From Batkoa obscura (taxonomy: Eukaryota): a stretch of DNA of 64,000 bases. The DNA lies in contig JASVEC010000022.1 of assembly GCA_030770535.1 (NCBI GenBank), forward strand, positions 744,001 through 808,000, read 5' to 3'. Positions 51,954-64,000 of this stretch are shown in pieces. Made by a program: the position numbers and the translations under genes. The first letter of the stretch is position 1, and each line of letters opens with the position of its first letter. The notes under the pieces were generated by a model that had not been told where the DNA came from, did no database searches, and worked only from the letters and a program-made list of their open reading frames with translations.

Positions 51954-52785
51954 ATTTTGTATAAAATGTTTAAAGTACAAAATTAAGCATATTATAGATG
52001 ACTAGAGCCAATCATTATTTAATAAAAATAGAGCGAATCATTTATGATAATTTTTAAAGAAAACTAATAAGACGCGCGAATCAAAAGAGCAACGAATTAA
52101 CTTTAACAGATTTTAAATTATGAATTTAACTAAGTTGAATTTTTTATAAGTAAAAGATCACTGTATTAATATTCTAATTCAAACATTTAATCTATAAAAC
52201 GAAAAGCACATTGGAATGTATACACAATTAATTTTATTACTAGCTTTTATGCACTCACTATAAATTCATCTACTTTTAAAAAGTAATGTTATTAAAATCG
52301 CGCATGCTACTCTACCCTTTATTTTTCAAACGCGTCCATTTTGACAATGATCAAAAATGTGTATTATTTGTTTTTATCATTATAATGTATCATTATAAAA
52401 TAAATTTGTCCTTTGAATCCTATTTCAACTATATTTTTGGGATTTGAAATACATACTTTAATTACAATCATTGGTAATATTGTAGGAAGTATAACGATAA
52501 ATGCTACTATAATAATAGTATGCTTTAATTAAATATTTGTACCATGGATAGCTATTTAAATACCATTACTTTCGTGCTGTTGTATTTAAAGCATAGAAAC
52601 ACTGTAACTGTATTATATAAGTTTTATACTGGGTTTTTATATAAATACATATTTGTGATAATTTAACAATCGTTTTATAAATATTACGTTTAACCAGTAG
52701 GTGCCAAAACTGGTCTATTCGGGTACAGTAAAGTTATTGTTTTTGTAAAGTTCAATACTCAGTAATCTATAAAATTCAAAGATAT

Positions 52786-52985
52786 GGGGATGTATTTTTG
52801 TGTTTAAAACTTTTACTAACAATTATTCTGCTCAAATAATGCTTGAAAAATAGAAAAAATAATGAAACCAAAAAAAAGTACCATATGGGGGGATATTTTT
52901 TTGGTTTCATTATTTTTTCTATTTTTCAAGCATTATTTGAGCAGAATAATTGTTAGTAAAATTCTTAGACAAAAAACATAGCCCT
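52786..52985. mobile_element. Palindromic MITE dimer (52786-52882 and 52887-52985)
   Basis: Two inverted copies around ATAT, ~66 nt perfectly complementary. Confidence 0.92.
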
Positions 52986-53209
52986 TATATGTTAAAATAA
53001 GAGCTTAATTTGATAAATGCTAATAGTTTTGATAGCATGTATTATTGCAAATAATTATCTTACCGTTTTTGATTTAAAAAGTTAATAAATTTCAAATTAT
53101 AAAATTGACATTTATCTTTATTTATTCACAAAAATAATAATTTTTACATTATTTTTATTATAGACGTGTTAGATTTTTTTAGTATATATTATTTTTTGGT
53201 ATTAGACTA

Positions 53210-54811
53210 TTATTTTAAATCTTGCAGAAATTCTTGTTGCAAACCTTGCTTTAAAGCCTTCTCCTCTTCTTCTTTAGTTATATACCAGAATTTACATAAT
53301 CCTACAAAAATCAAAAAGAAGAATGATGATATAGAAATAAAGATCCATTGCTTTGTAGCTGGATTGTCAAATCCTGCTAAAGCCATAGCCTCCTCGATAC
53401 CTGAGACAATATAATTACCAAAAGCTACATTTAAAACATATACTGCCGTTGAAGATGCCTTAAGTTTAGGCCCGACTTGAGTATAGGCAAATTGAACTGC
53501 GGTAACACAAAGCATTGCTTCTCCAAGAGATAAGAAAAACCATTGGGGGATTTGCCATGAACAGTTAACACAACCAACGCATGAAACTTGAATACCGTCT
53601 ACTTTAACAACGTTACCTTCAGAATACTGAAGAACGGGATAGGTTAAAGAAGTAGAAATTATAAAAGCAAGTATTACAAAAGAAAACCCAATGATCATTC
53701 TATTTACAACTGAAATGGGTCGGCCTATTTTTTTGAAAAATGGATAGATTACATCTGATAATAACGGAACGAGGATAACAACAAATATAGTATTTAAATT
53801 GGCAGATGTTTCAGCACTCATATAGAAACTATTCAAAAATGTTTGGTTCATCAATTCATACTGGTTTTGCCATTCTGTAAAAGCTTGATCATATAATAAC
53901 CAAAAGAACATTAGTGGGAAAAGAATTATCATAACCTTATTTAATAGCCTAGTTTCATTAACTAAATCTGCGCCATACTTCTCTTTAGCAAAGTTTAAAA
54001 AGTGTCCTTTAGCAGCCCTTTCTTCAGGCGACGCTTTTGTATATTCATGTAAGCCAAGGAGACTAATTTTTAAGCATTTCCATGGTAAAAATTCTTTAAC
54101 TGGAGGTGCTACAACGTAATACTTTTTACCTACGGCGAATAAGATGATGGCAAAGGCAAAAACTATTGTAGGTATGATATAGGCCAAAAAATAACATGGT
54201 TTTCCAAAGCATTCAACATTTCTAACAATAATTGGAGTAAGATAAGAGGCAATTAAGCTGCCTACACTAGCAATAATATACAACATAGAAAACAACCGAT
54301 CTAAAAGACGAGTTTTTTCAGGGTTAATTTGGTCGCCAGCATGGGAAGCAACACTGGGCTTAATACCTCCAGAACCAATAGCAATTAATAATGATGAAAG
54401 AACGAAAGACCAGTAAGGATACTTGCCCATTTGAGCAAGAAGCCCATTGATAGAAAAAACACTTAACAATATATTTCCAATTAAATAAATAATGGAGAAC
54501 AGGATTACGGTGTTATATTTTCCGAGATAAGAATCGGATATCATAGCGCCTATTAACGGAAAAAGGTAAATGAAGGCAGTAAATAAATGGGTTTGAATTT
54601 TTGATTGGACATCATCAAGACCAAAACCAATTTTTAAGTAGATAAAGAGAATGCTTTTGATACCATAAAAGCAGAAACGTTCACCAAAATCATTAGCTAA
54701 GATTAAGTATATATATTTAGGTAAGCTCTCCTTTTGATCAGTTTCTTTCATTGATCCATTTTCAATGTGTTTTTCTTCATATTGAATTGAATCCGTTTTT
54801 TCAGAAGGCAT
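53210..54811 (-). CDS. PTR2: POT/PTR family proton-dependent oligopeptide transporter, intronless
   Basis: NDFGERFCFYG; GAMISDSYLGKYNT; GSGGIKPSV..GDQ; WQIPQWF. Confidence 0.9.
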   Translation of the reverse strand: MPSEKTDSIQYEEKHIENGSMKETDQKESLPKYIYLILANDFGERFCFYGIKSILFIYLKIGFGLDDVQSKIQTHLFTAFIYLFPLIGAMISDSYLGKYNTVILFSIIYLIGNILLSVFSINGLLAQMGKYPYWSFVLSSLLIAIGSGGIKPSVASHAGDQINPEKTRLLDRLFSMLYIIASVGSLIASYLTPIIVRNVECFGKPCYFLAYIIPTIVFAFAIILFAVGKKYYVVAPPVKEFLPWKCLKISLLGLHEYTKASPEERAAKGHFLNFAKEKYGADLVNETRLLNKVMIILFPLMFFWLLYDQAFTEWQNQYELMNQTFLNSFYMSAETSANLNTIFVVILVPLLSDVIYPFFKKIGRPISVVNRMIIGFSFVILAFIISTSLTYPVLQYSEGNVVKVDGIQVSCVGCVNCSWQIPQWFFLSLGEAMLCVTAVQFAYTQVGPKLKASSTAVYVLNVAFGNYIVSGIEEAMALAGFDNPATKQWIFISISSFFFLIFVGLCKFWYITKEEEEKALKQGLQQEFLQDLK

Positions 54812-55313
54812 TTATATTATTGTACAAGAAAATCAATAAAAGATAATAATAATTTCAGCGATTAAGGAATTATTGTCTATTTATATATTATCGGGTTATT
54901 AAATTTACTATACAACAACGAAAGCCACATTATCTAAAAAAGATATATATAGGAAACTAATAGTTATAATCAACAGGTTAATTATTTAAAAGACAAGTTT
55001 TAAACATTATGACCAATTATATTAATTAAACGAACCAACCCCTATATTATTCTCCTGGATAAAAATGCTGCATATTTAGTGTATTATGGAATAATTATTT
55101 CCTATTAATGTATTTGTTAATTTAAAATAAACATCGCTTAATTGAATTACCACAATGTATGTTCTTTGGCTGCTACTTATATTATAATGCTTGTAGAAAT
55201 AATTTGGATATTTTAAAATAAGGCAATAAAATCTGGAAGAGATTTTTCCGCTCATAAATAAACCATTTGATAGTTTTAAAGCACCCTTTTATCAAGATTA
55301 GAAAAGCAAATAT

Positions 55314-55408
55314 GCGTGTTTTTTGTGGTTTCTTACTTTTTCTATTTTCAAGTGCCATTTGAGTGGAAAAGTTATTAGTAAAACTCTTAAACAAAAAAAT
55401 ACATTCCT
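55314..55408. mobile_element. MITE copy (decayed ends)
   Basis: Family match. Confidence 0.78.
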
Positions 55409-55764
55409 AAATTGATAAGTTAATAGCTCCAAAATTGATAAAACAAATGTTCTAGATAACGTCATATTAATTTTAATATTATTGATATGTTCAGCAGCTT
55501 GATGTACTTGAATATTTTAATACTTTTAAAAATGGTGTCAATATCTTTTGAATACATGGTCTACACATCGCTGTACTATTAATTGTTTCAAAAGGATATA
55601 CAGGCCTTCAGTATCCATGTTGAAACCTCGTCAAAAGCTAATTCGGACATAAAGTGATATTACATCATATGCTATAGTTTCGGATACTGATGAAAAATTT
55701 AAAACAATCTATGGGAATTAAATTACTGTTTTTATATAAATTTTACTTTTTAATATTACTATTT

Positions 55765-55862
55765 GGGAGTGTTTTTTTGACTTCATTACTTTTTCCATCT
55801 TTTAAGCGCTATTTGAGTGGAAAAATTATTAGTAAAATTCTTAAACACAAAAATACATCCCC
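55765..55862. mobile_element. MITE copy (near consensus)
   Basis: Family match, ATTT TSD. Confidence 0.92.
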
Positions 55863-56418
55863 ATTTATTATAACCAATTAATTACAATAGCACAATAAGA
55901 ATAAATTTTAATACATTATAATATTCAAGGGTTTGAACAAATGTTAAATTATTCAACTTGCGACAACAGATCAAATGTCTTTTTTATGTTCTTAGGAAAG
56001 TCTTAAAATTCAAATATTTTATTAGATATAAACTTTTTAAATTGCAAATTTACTGAGATTGGCAGATAAACCCAGTCAGAAGGTATTAAACTATTAAAGC
56101 TATTATTTTATAATATTCCAGTATTATTTCAATCTTATCAAAAGATATTTGAGTCATTGTAAAACTAAATAAAAATGTGTAAAATACTGGGCTATATAAT
56201 GAAATGTAGCGTTTTTGATGGCTGATATATTTGTAGTAACTAAATGAAAAAATATAAAAATAGTATGATAATTATGTATTGGTTATATAAAATGTACATG
56301 TCTTATTTTCAACTTTGAAAATGATGCAAAACACTAAAATTATTAGTGCTCAAATAAAAGATATCACAAAAATTTCTTCAAAATCAATATAGTGACTGAC
56401 GAAAGTGAGTCTATATCT

Positions 56419-56517
56419 GGAGGTGTGTTTTTGTATTTAAGGAGTTTACTAATAATTTTTCTACTCAAATGGTGCTCAAAAGATGGAAAAAGTGATGAAA
56501 CCAAAAAAAGCATTACC
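56419..56517. mobile_element. MITE copy
   Basis: Family match, ATCT TSD. Confidence 0.85.
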
Positions 56518-57054
56518 ATCTATTGCTTAGTTTCTACTAGTATTTTATTAAATTACAGAGTAAAAAAGTAATGGACTTAATCTCAGTTCTATCCGTCGCT
56601 GTACTTTATGCTATTTTAAATAGTTATTTTTAACTCGAGAGTAAAGAAATATGATTAACGATACCATAACCCAGACCATTATTATTTGGATCAGTGTTTC
56701 TTATATCAATTGATAAATTGACTTTAGAAGGAGTTCATACTGCATTTATTACAGTGAATAGCTCAAATATCAATTTAATTTAGAAGATATGGGGCTGTCC
56801 TAATTGGTTTCAGAATCTACTTAGAAATTAATCCAAATTTAAAATTCCAAGTTTGTGTTCAATATAACGGTTAAATCTAAAAAGCCTAAAATTAAATGTC
56901 TCTATTTAAAACTTACTTTAATTGTTTCCTTTTCTTAAATAGCTAATTTTCCTAACTATATATTTTATGTTAGTTCTGTTAGATATTTAACAGATATATA
57001 ATATATAACTATATGATTATATAATTACATAAATACATAATTATATAAATACAG

Positions 57055-57090
57055 TTATTTGACTTTATTTGACTTTATTTGACTTTATTT
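57055..57090 (+). repeat. 10-bp tandem repeat (ttatttgact x3.6) just upstream of the transposase ATG
   Basis: ttatttgactttatttgactttatttgactttattt. Confidence 0.9.
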
Positions 57091-57109
57091 TTGTTGAAAT
57101 AAAAATAAA

Positions 57110-58813
57110 ATGCAAACTTTCATAACTAAACTTCGAAATGGAATTTTTGAAAACTTCAATACAATAGGGAGGAGTACACAATATAAACATTGTAATTCAT
57201 TTACATCAATTTTAAGAGCTACTTATAACAACCCAAGGTTTATCGAATTTTATAATAAAACAAAACAAAGAAAAGATATATTATCAAAGTTTACTATTGA
57301 TAATAATAAACTTAATCAAGTAATGTATAAAATTAGTGCTTTAAGGGAAACAGGAAACAAAAGTCAGCAAGTAGCGTTATTATCAACTATAGCTTCAGTA
57401 TATTCTTTTGATGAATGTAAGAGTTTTGGGTTTAATATAAATAGAAATCAATATGATTATTCAAAAACAAGTAATAATAATAAAATATCAACATTAAAAC
57501 CTATTATTAAAAATACAAAAAAAATTAAAGATGACCAAATTGAAACTATCATACAATATTTACTAAATGATTCAACTATTTCATCAAGATCTAATAAAAA
57601 AAGTAACGATAGTAAATATTCATCAGATAATATATATATATTAAATAAAAGTAGAAGAATGATATATAGTAAATATTTGAATGATCTAAGAGATAAAGTA
57701 GTAGCTAGGTCAACGTTCTTTAAATATATACCAAGTAATTTCAAAAATCCAGCAAGAAAAACGGATCTATGTAATATATGTACCCAGTATACAGTTAGAA
57801 AAAAGTTATTTGAAAATAAAATAAATACAGCAAAAAACAAAGCAGAGATACAAGAAATTTTCAACGAAGAAGAAAAATTATACAAATTACATAAATTCTG
57901 TGTTGATACTCAAAAAAACACATTTAATGAAACTATCAAAAAATTAAATAACAAAAGTTGTATAATAGTTTTAGATTTTAAACAAAATATGGAAATAGGA
58001 ACAAGACCAGATTCAATAAATCTAGATCATTATAATAAACAAGCTATATCAGTATTAGGCTTTGGTGTATTATATTTAAAAGATGATAAAACAATAGGCA
58101 AAGTTTATTTTGATTGTTTATCTGAAGTACTAAACCATGATTCAGCATATACAGGAGATTATTTAATTGATCTAATCTCTACAGAGCTTCTATTTAAAAA
58201 GTTTACAAAAATTAATATATGGGCAGATACAGGAAATCATTTTAGATCCCAAGAGTTTCTACACTATATGTTTAAACAAATTCATAAAATAAATAGTAGT
58301 TTGAATGTTAATCTTAATTTTTTTGCTGAGCATCATGGAAAAAGTATAGTTGATGGACATTTTGGAAACCTTTCAAAATGGAAAAGTAGTTTTGAAGCGT
58401 TAGGTAAAATAGAAGATATCGATCAATTAATTTCAAGATTTGAGGCTTTTATTTGCGAGCATAATAAAATTAATAACTCGACTGTTAATAATGGGAAAAC
58501 AGATATAATTTTTAAAAAGTATAAAAGAAACAAAAATACAAAAAGAATAATAGAGATGCAGGGCATTAAGAAGTATTTACACTTTATTAAACATAACAAT
58601 AAACTACATCGTTATCCAGTATCTGATACATCAAAAAAAAGCGATATAGTCCCAATTAAAGTTATAGAGTCTATAGAAAACAGAAAAATTAAAAGATCGA
58701 TCCCAGCTTACCTTACGAAGATAACAGAGAATTTAAAAATTTCGATATTTACTAAGCAAGTGAGTAGTTTGTTGAATGATAGAAATAGATTGTTAAATGT
58801 TAGGATTACTTAA
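57110..58813 (+). CDS. DDD-type transposase (Sola2-like), 567 aa, intact
   Basis: DLCNIC..H zinc-finger-like motif; IIVLDFKQN (D1); IWADTGNHFRS (D2); NFFAEHHGKSIVDGHFG (D3). Confidence 0.85.
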   Translation: MQTFITKLRNGIFENFNTIGRSTQYKHCNSFTSILRATYNNPRFIEFYNKTKQRKDILSKFTIDNNKLNQVMYKISALRETGNKSQQVALLSTIASVYSFDECKSFGFNINRNQYDYSKTSNNNKISTLKPIIKNTKKIKDDQIETIIQYLLNDSTISSRSNKKSNDSKYSSDNIYILNKSRRMIYSKYLNDLRDKVVARSTFFKYIPSNFKNPARKTDLCNICTQYTVRKKLFENKINTAKNKAEIQEIFNEEEKLYKLHKFCVDTQKNTFNETIKKLNNKSCIIVLDFKQNMEIGTRPDSINLDHYNKQAISVLGFGVLYLKDDKTIGKVYFDCLSEVLNHDSAYTGDYLIDLISTELLFKKFTKINIWADTGNHFRSQEFLHYMFKQIHKINSSLNVNLNFFAEHHGKSIVDGHFGNLSKWKSSFEALGKIEDIDQLISRFEAFICEHNKINNSTVNNGKTDIIFKKYKRNKNTKRIIEMQGIKKYLHFIKHNNKLHRYPVSDTSKKSDIVPIKVIESIENRKIKRSIPAYLTKITENLKISIFTKQVSSLLNDRNRLLNVRIT

Positions 58814-58814
58814 G

Positions 58815-58973
58815 TTATTAATAGCTAAGTTAATAAATAGTCAAAGAACAAGTAACTGTAATAATATGTAAAAACTATTATTACTTGTACTATATAGGGA
58901 TGGTTAATTATAGTTTTGGGGCTGACCACTCCCTCCCATGCAGCTATTTATTAACTTGGCAATATATTAATAA
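58815..58973 (+). other. Predicted structured RNA element (three-way junction) in the transposase 3' UTR
   Basis: 18-bp stem 58824-58841/58943-58960 with two G·U pairs, enclosing two hairpins (58848-58888 and 58897-58933). Confidence 0.5.
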
Positions 58974-59284
58974 TGTAATTATAACATTAAAATAGTTTAT
59001 TTATTTGATAATAAATATTTCTCAATTAAGCTTTATAAGAACATGTATTTAAGATCTAGTAGAAATTCAACTAACTTACAGTATGAGCTATAATAGAATG
59101 ATTTAGAACTGTGTTTGGGTACTTTTGTTTTAATAAAAGATGTGATTTTATAGAATTTTAAGCGAAGTTTTTAAAATACAAAATTTTTCAAAAATTGGAT
59201 AAAATAATGAAACTAATTCAGACAACCCCATATGTTAAATTGTACGGATGAATTGTTATTTTTGATGACAGGGTTTTAAATAAT

Positions 59285-59383
59285 GAAGGTGTTTTTTTTG
59301 GTTTCATTACTTTTTCCATTTTTTGAGCCCTATTTGAGTGGAAAAATTATTAGTAAAATTCTTAAACATAAAAATATATCCCC
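59285..59383. mobile_element. MITE copy
   Basis: Family match, TAAT TSD. Confidence 0.88.
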
Positions 59384-59414
59384 TAATTATGTTCTATAAT
59401 ACAACTTCAATTAA

Positions 59415-59530
59415 CCCTTTGAGTACCAAGTTTTTCAAAAAAAATTGTTTGGTTAGATCAGAATTTCTGATCAACTATTAGAGAATAATTTCTGCTTAGC
59501 CAAAGCTAAGTCAGGTAAATATAGTTCATG
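59415..59530. mobile_element. Solo end of the TTAA-flanked element family (related to 44251-44493)
   Basis: ttaa|ccctttgagtaccaag..aaaaattgttt..gatcagaattt..atcaa aligns with the reverse complement of 44400-44497. Confidence 0.5.
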
Positions 59531-59616
59531 TTTTTTTAGTTTGAAATTATATGCAATTAAGCTTATAATTTTATTATAATTTTAAAAAAATATTTAACTA
59601 TGCTTGTTTATAATAT

Positions 59617-59716
59617 AAGGATGTATCTTTGTGTTTAAGAGCTTTACTAGTAATTTTTCCACTCAGATAGTGCTTAAAGAATGGAAAAAATAATGAAGCC
59701 AAAAAAAAACATCCCC
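59617..59716. mobile_element. MITE copy
   Basis: Family match, ATAT TSD. Confidence 0.88.
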
Positions 59717-60058
59717 ATATTTAGATAACTAATTTTAAAATATAAGTAATTCAATGACTAAAAAACTATAAAAAAACTACAAAAATGACTTAAAAAACTT
59801 TTTATAAATCTAATTTTTATTATTTATATAATATAAAAATTTTAACAGCTATTTATTTTTTATTGAATAAATGATATTTTTTATATTTAATAACAATAAT
59901 AAAATCTATGCATTAAAGCAGGATCTAGCTGCTTATAATAATTAAGTTTTTAAATAATTTGTTATAGTTGTATAATTACTTTTAATAACAATGTTACTAA
60001 ATTCATGTTAAACACTGATTTTATTTTATAACTAAAATTTAACTAACTTTTGCTATAT

Positions 60059-60153
60059 GGGGATGTGTTTTTGTGTTTAAGAATTTTACTAATAATTTTT
60101 CCACTAAAATGGTGCTTAGAAGATGGGAAAAGTAATGAAACTAAAACACCCCC
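60059..60153. mobile_element. MITE copy
   Basis: Family match, ATAT TSD. Confidence 0.9.
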
Positions 60154-60602
60154 ATATAATAATCTTAAAAACAATAATATTTATACCTATAATCAACTTA
60201 TTTTATAATACTATAATATTTGCGTTTATTTAAATTTGACTTTATTAAATATTAGCATTTTCAATTTTTTAGTTAAAAATTTTTAAATATTAAATTTCAA
60301 GAAAAATCATGTACATACAGTTTTGTCTAATACTATATTATAAATAAATATCAAGAAACCTAAATACTATTTTAATAAATTTATACAAATATGTTTGTTT
60401 AGATACTAATACAAAATTTTCAATATTTAGGCTTAAAATACGAAAAATAGAAAAACGAAATACTTTTACTTGCCCAAAAAAAACTAACAAACCGTTTGAA
60501 AAGATTAACTATCTCAAACCAATCGTCAATAGCCAACAAGCCAAATGGAATTTTGACTTAACAAGTAAAAAAAATCAATTTCATCCCTATTTTTATAAAA
60601 AA

Positions 60603-61524
60603 ATGTCCACTTACGACAACCAAGCACACAGTGTCTTATTTGATAATAATGAAAATTATCAGCCAGATGACCCAAATACTGGTTATTATGAACAAGAGTA
60701 TCAACCTGAAGTTAGCTATCAAGGTTATGAACAATATCAAGATAATAGTTATATGCAACAAGAGTTTACTTATGAACAGGAATATCCAGTGGAAAGCAAA
60801 ATAAGTATTTTGGCTGCTTTTGGATCCGGTGGACTCCCTGGTGAACCTCCGCTTCTGGAAGGTAAATTATTGTTATATTTCATGATTTATATTTAATCTT
60901 TTTTATCAATGAATAGAATTAGGAATTAATTTTGAACATGTTAAAACGAAAGTAACGAATTTAAATTAAGGATAGTAAATCAAATATTAATTAATTTTCA
61001 ACTTTTAGACAGTAACTGTTTTAAACCCATTCAAAACAATCGATACTCATATGATGGACGATGCTGATTTAGTTGGTCCTTTATTTTTTTGTTTATTATT
61101 GGGTTTTTCTACTATCTTTGTAAGTTAATTTCAACTCATTTAGTACAACATAAAAAATAACATTCACAAATCTTAATAGTTGGGTAAGGTGCAATTCGGT
61201 TATATATACGGAGTAGCTATGCTAGGTTGGATATCTATGTATGGAATATTAAATTTAATGAGTGAACAAGGAGTCGATTTAATACGTACAGCATCCGTTT
61301 TAGGATATTGTTTATTACCGATTGTATTTTTAGGATTGATTGGTTTGGTTTTGGATTTAAACTCAATTATTGGTGCTTTTTTAGCTCCAGTGATTATCAC
61401 TTGGGCCACATACGCTGCTTCCACGATCTTTGTTACCGTGCTTCATATGCAAAACCAACGTCTACTTGTAGCTTATCCTATTGCTTTACTTTATACTTGT
61501 TTTTCTTTAATTACTATTTTTTAA
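60603..61524 (+). CDS. YIP1: Yip1/YIPF5 ER-Golgi trafficking protein, 4 exons
   Basis: [55 protein letters not shown]. Confidence 0.92.
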
Positions 61525-61635
61525 AAGGAAAGTTTTATTAAAATTTTTATTTAAATAAGTTATAAAAGGGTAAAATAATAATGCTTAATTTAATAATAAT
61601 ATCTATTTAAATTTATTTTAAACTTTGTTTTTAAT

Positions 61636-63068
<1,433 letters not shown>

Positions 63069-64000
63069 AATAATAAAAAACTTTTAAAAGCACAAGGGAG
63101 GTTATTTTCGTTTTATACTTATTCCCTGACTTTTGATTTTAATTTAAACTTCATTTTAAATTTTCGATTCGATCCAAACGTTCTTTAAGTTGAGCTTGTA
63201 TGATATTTATTAATTATTAGCTAATTAAGATTCATGATAAAGAATAGTTTTGAAAAGGCCAAATTTAGTAATCCATCTGCCAACTTCCTTATCAAGGAAT
63301 CATTTTAAAAAAAACACCCTCACTACCCCTTTACATCCAATTATTTGCTTACTTCATCTTTTTTACTTATTATTTACTCTTTAAGATAATTAATGATACC
63401 TCGTGGCTTTTAGTTCTTTTTTATAAAATAATTTTATGAATTTTGGGTGTTTAAAAACTGATTAATTTTAATAACTTTCTAGTTAATTTAAACTTGATTC
63501 TCTAGCGGAGACCTTGCGGATATTGATATTGTTGTAACGATAAATGAAAGATTAAAATGATGTTTCATAAGAGCAACACTTAAATCTTGAGTGAGTACTT
63601 TTTAAGAAGATTTTTTTAAATTTACTTGATTAATCATATGTAAATTTTTAAGTAGAAAATGTCGTACTTTCAAAGCTACAAAATTATTAGAATTCCTTGG
63701 TATGATTTTTTAATCTGTCCATTTTTTCAATTCAAAATTTAAAAAAAATACTAGTTGAGATATAAAATAAAAGAACATTTCTATCCACTTTATCGTAAAA
63801 TTAACTAAAAGCCTGTACTGTTCTCATGATAACTGTACTCGAAAAATTTCCAATTTTTTCAAAACTAGATTTGAATTAACCCATTAAATATGACTTAACT
63901 TTTAAATTTATGGCTGCCCTTTACTATAGCCACATTAAGGTATCTCAATCAATAAATTAACTTAAAAATAACTGATAGTTAGTATTAGTTTTTGGTTTAT

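Larger units (their letters stand above)
56791..59229 (+). mobile_element. Autonomous Sola2-like cut-and-paste DNA transposon, 2439 bp
   Basis: Imperfect 22-bp TIRs ggggctgtcctaattggtttca / tgaaactaattcagacaacccc. ATAT TSD at 56787-56790 and 59230-59233. Encloses a single transposase ORF. Confidence 0.85.

Noticed and set aside
57110..58813. Transposon ORF as Fanzor/TnpB RNA-guided nuclease, given the structured 3' RNA
   Set aside because: No RuvC I-III motifs or C-terminal CxxC..CxxC finger. The motifs fit a DDD transposase.
58915..58945. Hammerhead ribozyme core in the 3' structure
   Set aside because: The sequence is CUGACCA rather than CUGANGA, and there is no correctly placed GAAA.

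Overview
AT-rich eukaryotic nuclear DNA with short GT-AG introns. Gene content and architecture suggest an early-diverging fungus, possibly Zoopagomycota/Entomophthoromycotina (inference only). Housekeeping genes: TPR protein 3' end, DENND6-like, CDK-like kinase, tRNA-Ile(TAT), AIP1/WDR1, GGCT/GliK-like, Flc/TRP channel, TSPO, NDUFS2, iPGM, DGAT1, PMC1 Ca-ATPase, adenylate kinase, CDC45, PTR2, YIP1 and GDP-mannose 4,6-dehydratase. The accessory content is more interesting. (1) A decayed, helicase-less Dicer-like gene (PAZ, two RNase III domains) at 4.2-6.7 kb. (2) A tandem array of eight mostly decayed paralogues with a restriction-endonuclease-like (PD-(D/E)XK, HsdR_N-like) motif pattern at 32-39.4 kb. 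(3) An intact 2.44-kb Sola2-like DNA transposon with TIRs and a 4-bp TSD, whose 3' UTR can fold into a G·U-rich three-way junction. (4) About 27 copies of a ~99-bp MITE that shares an end with that transposon, including near-perfect palindromic dimers. (5) A second, TTAA-flanked non-autonomous element. All calls come from manual reading and motif recognition; no searches were run.
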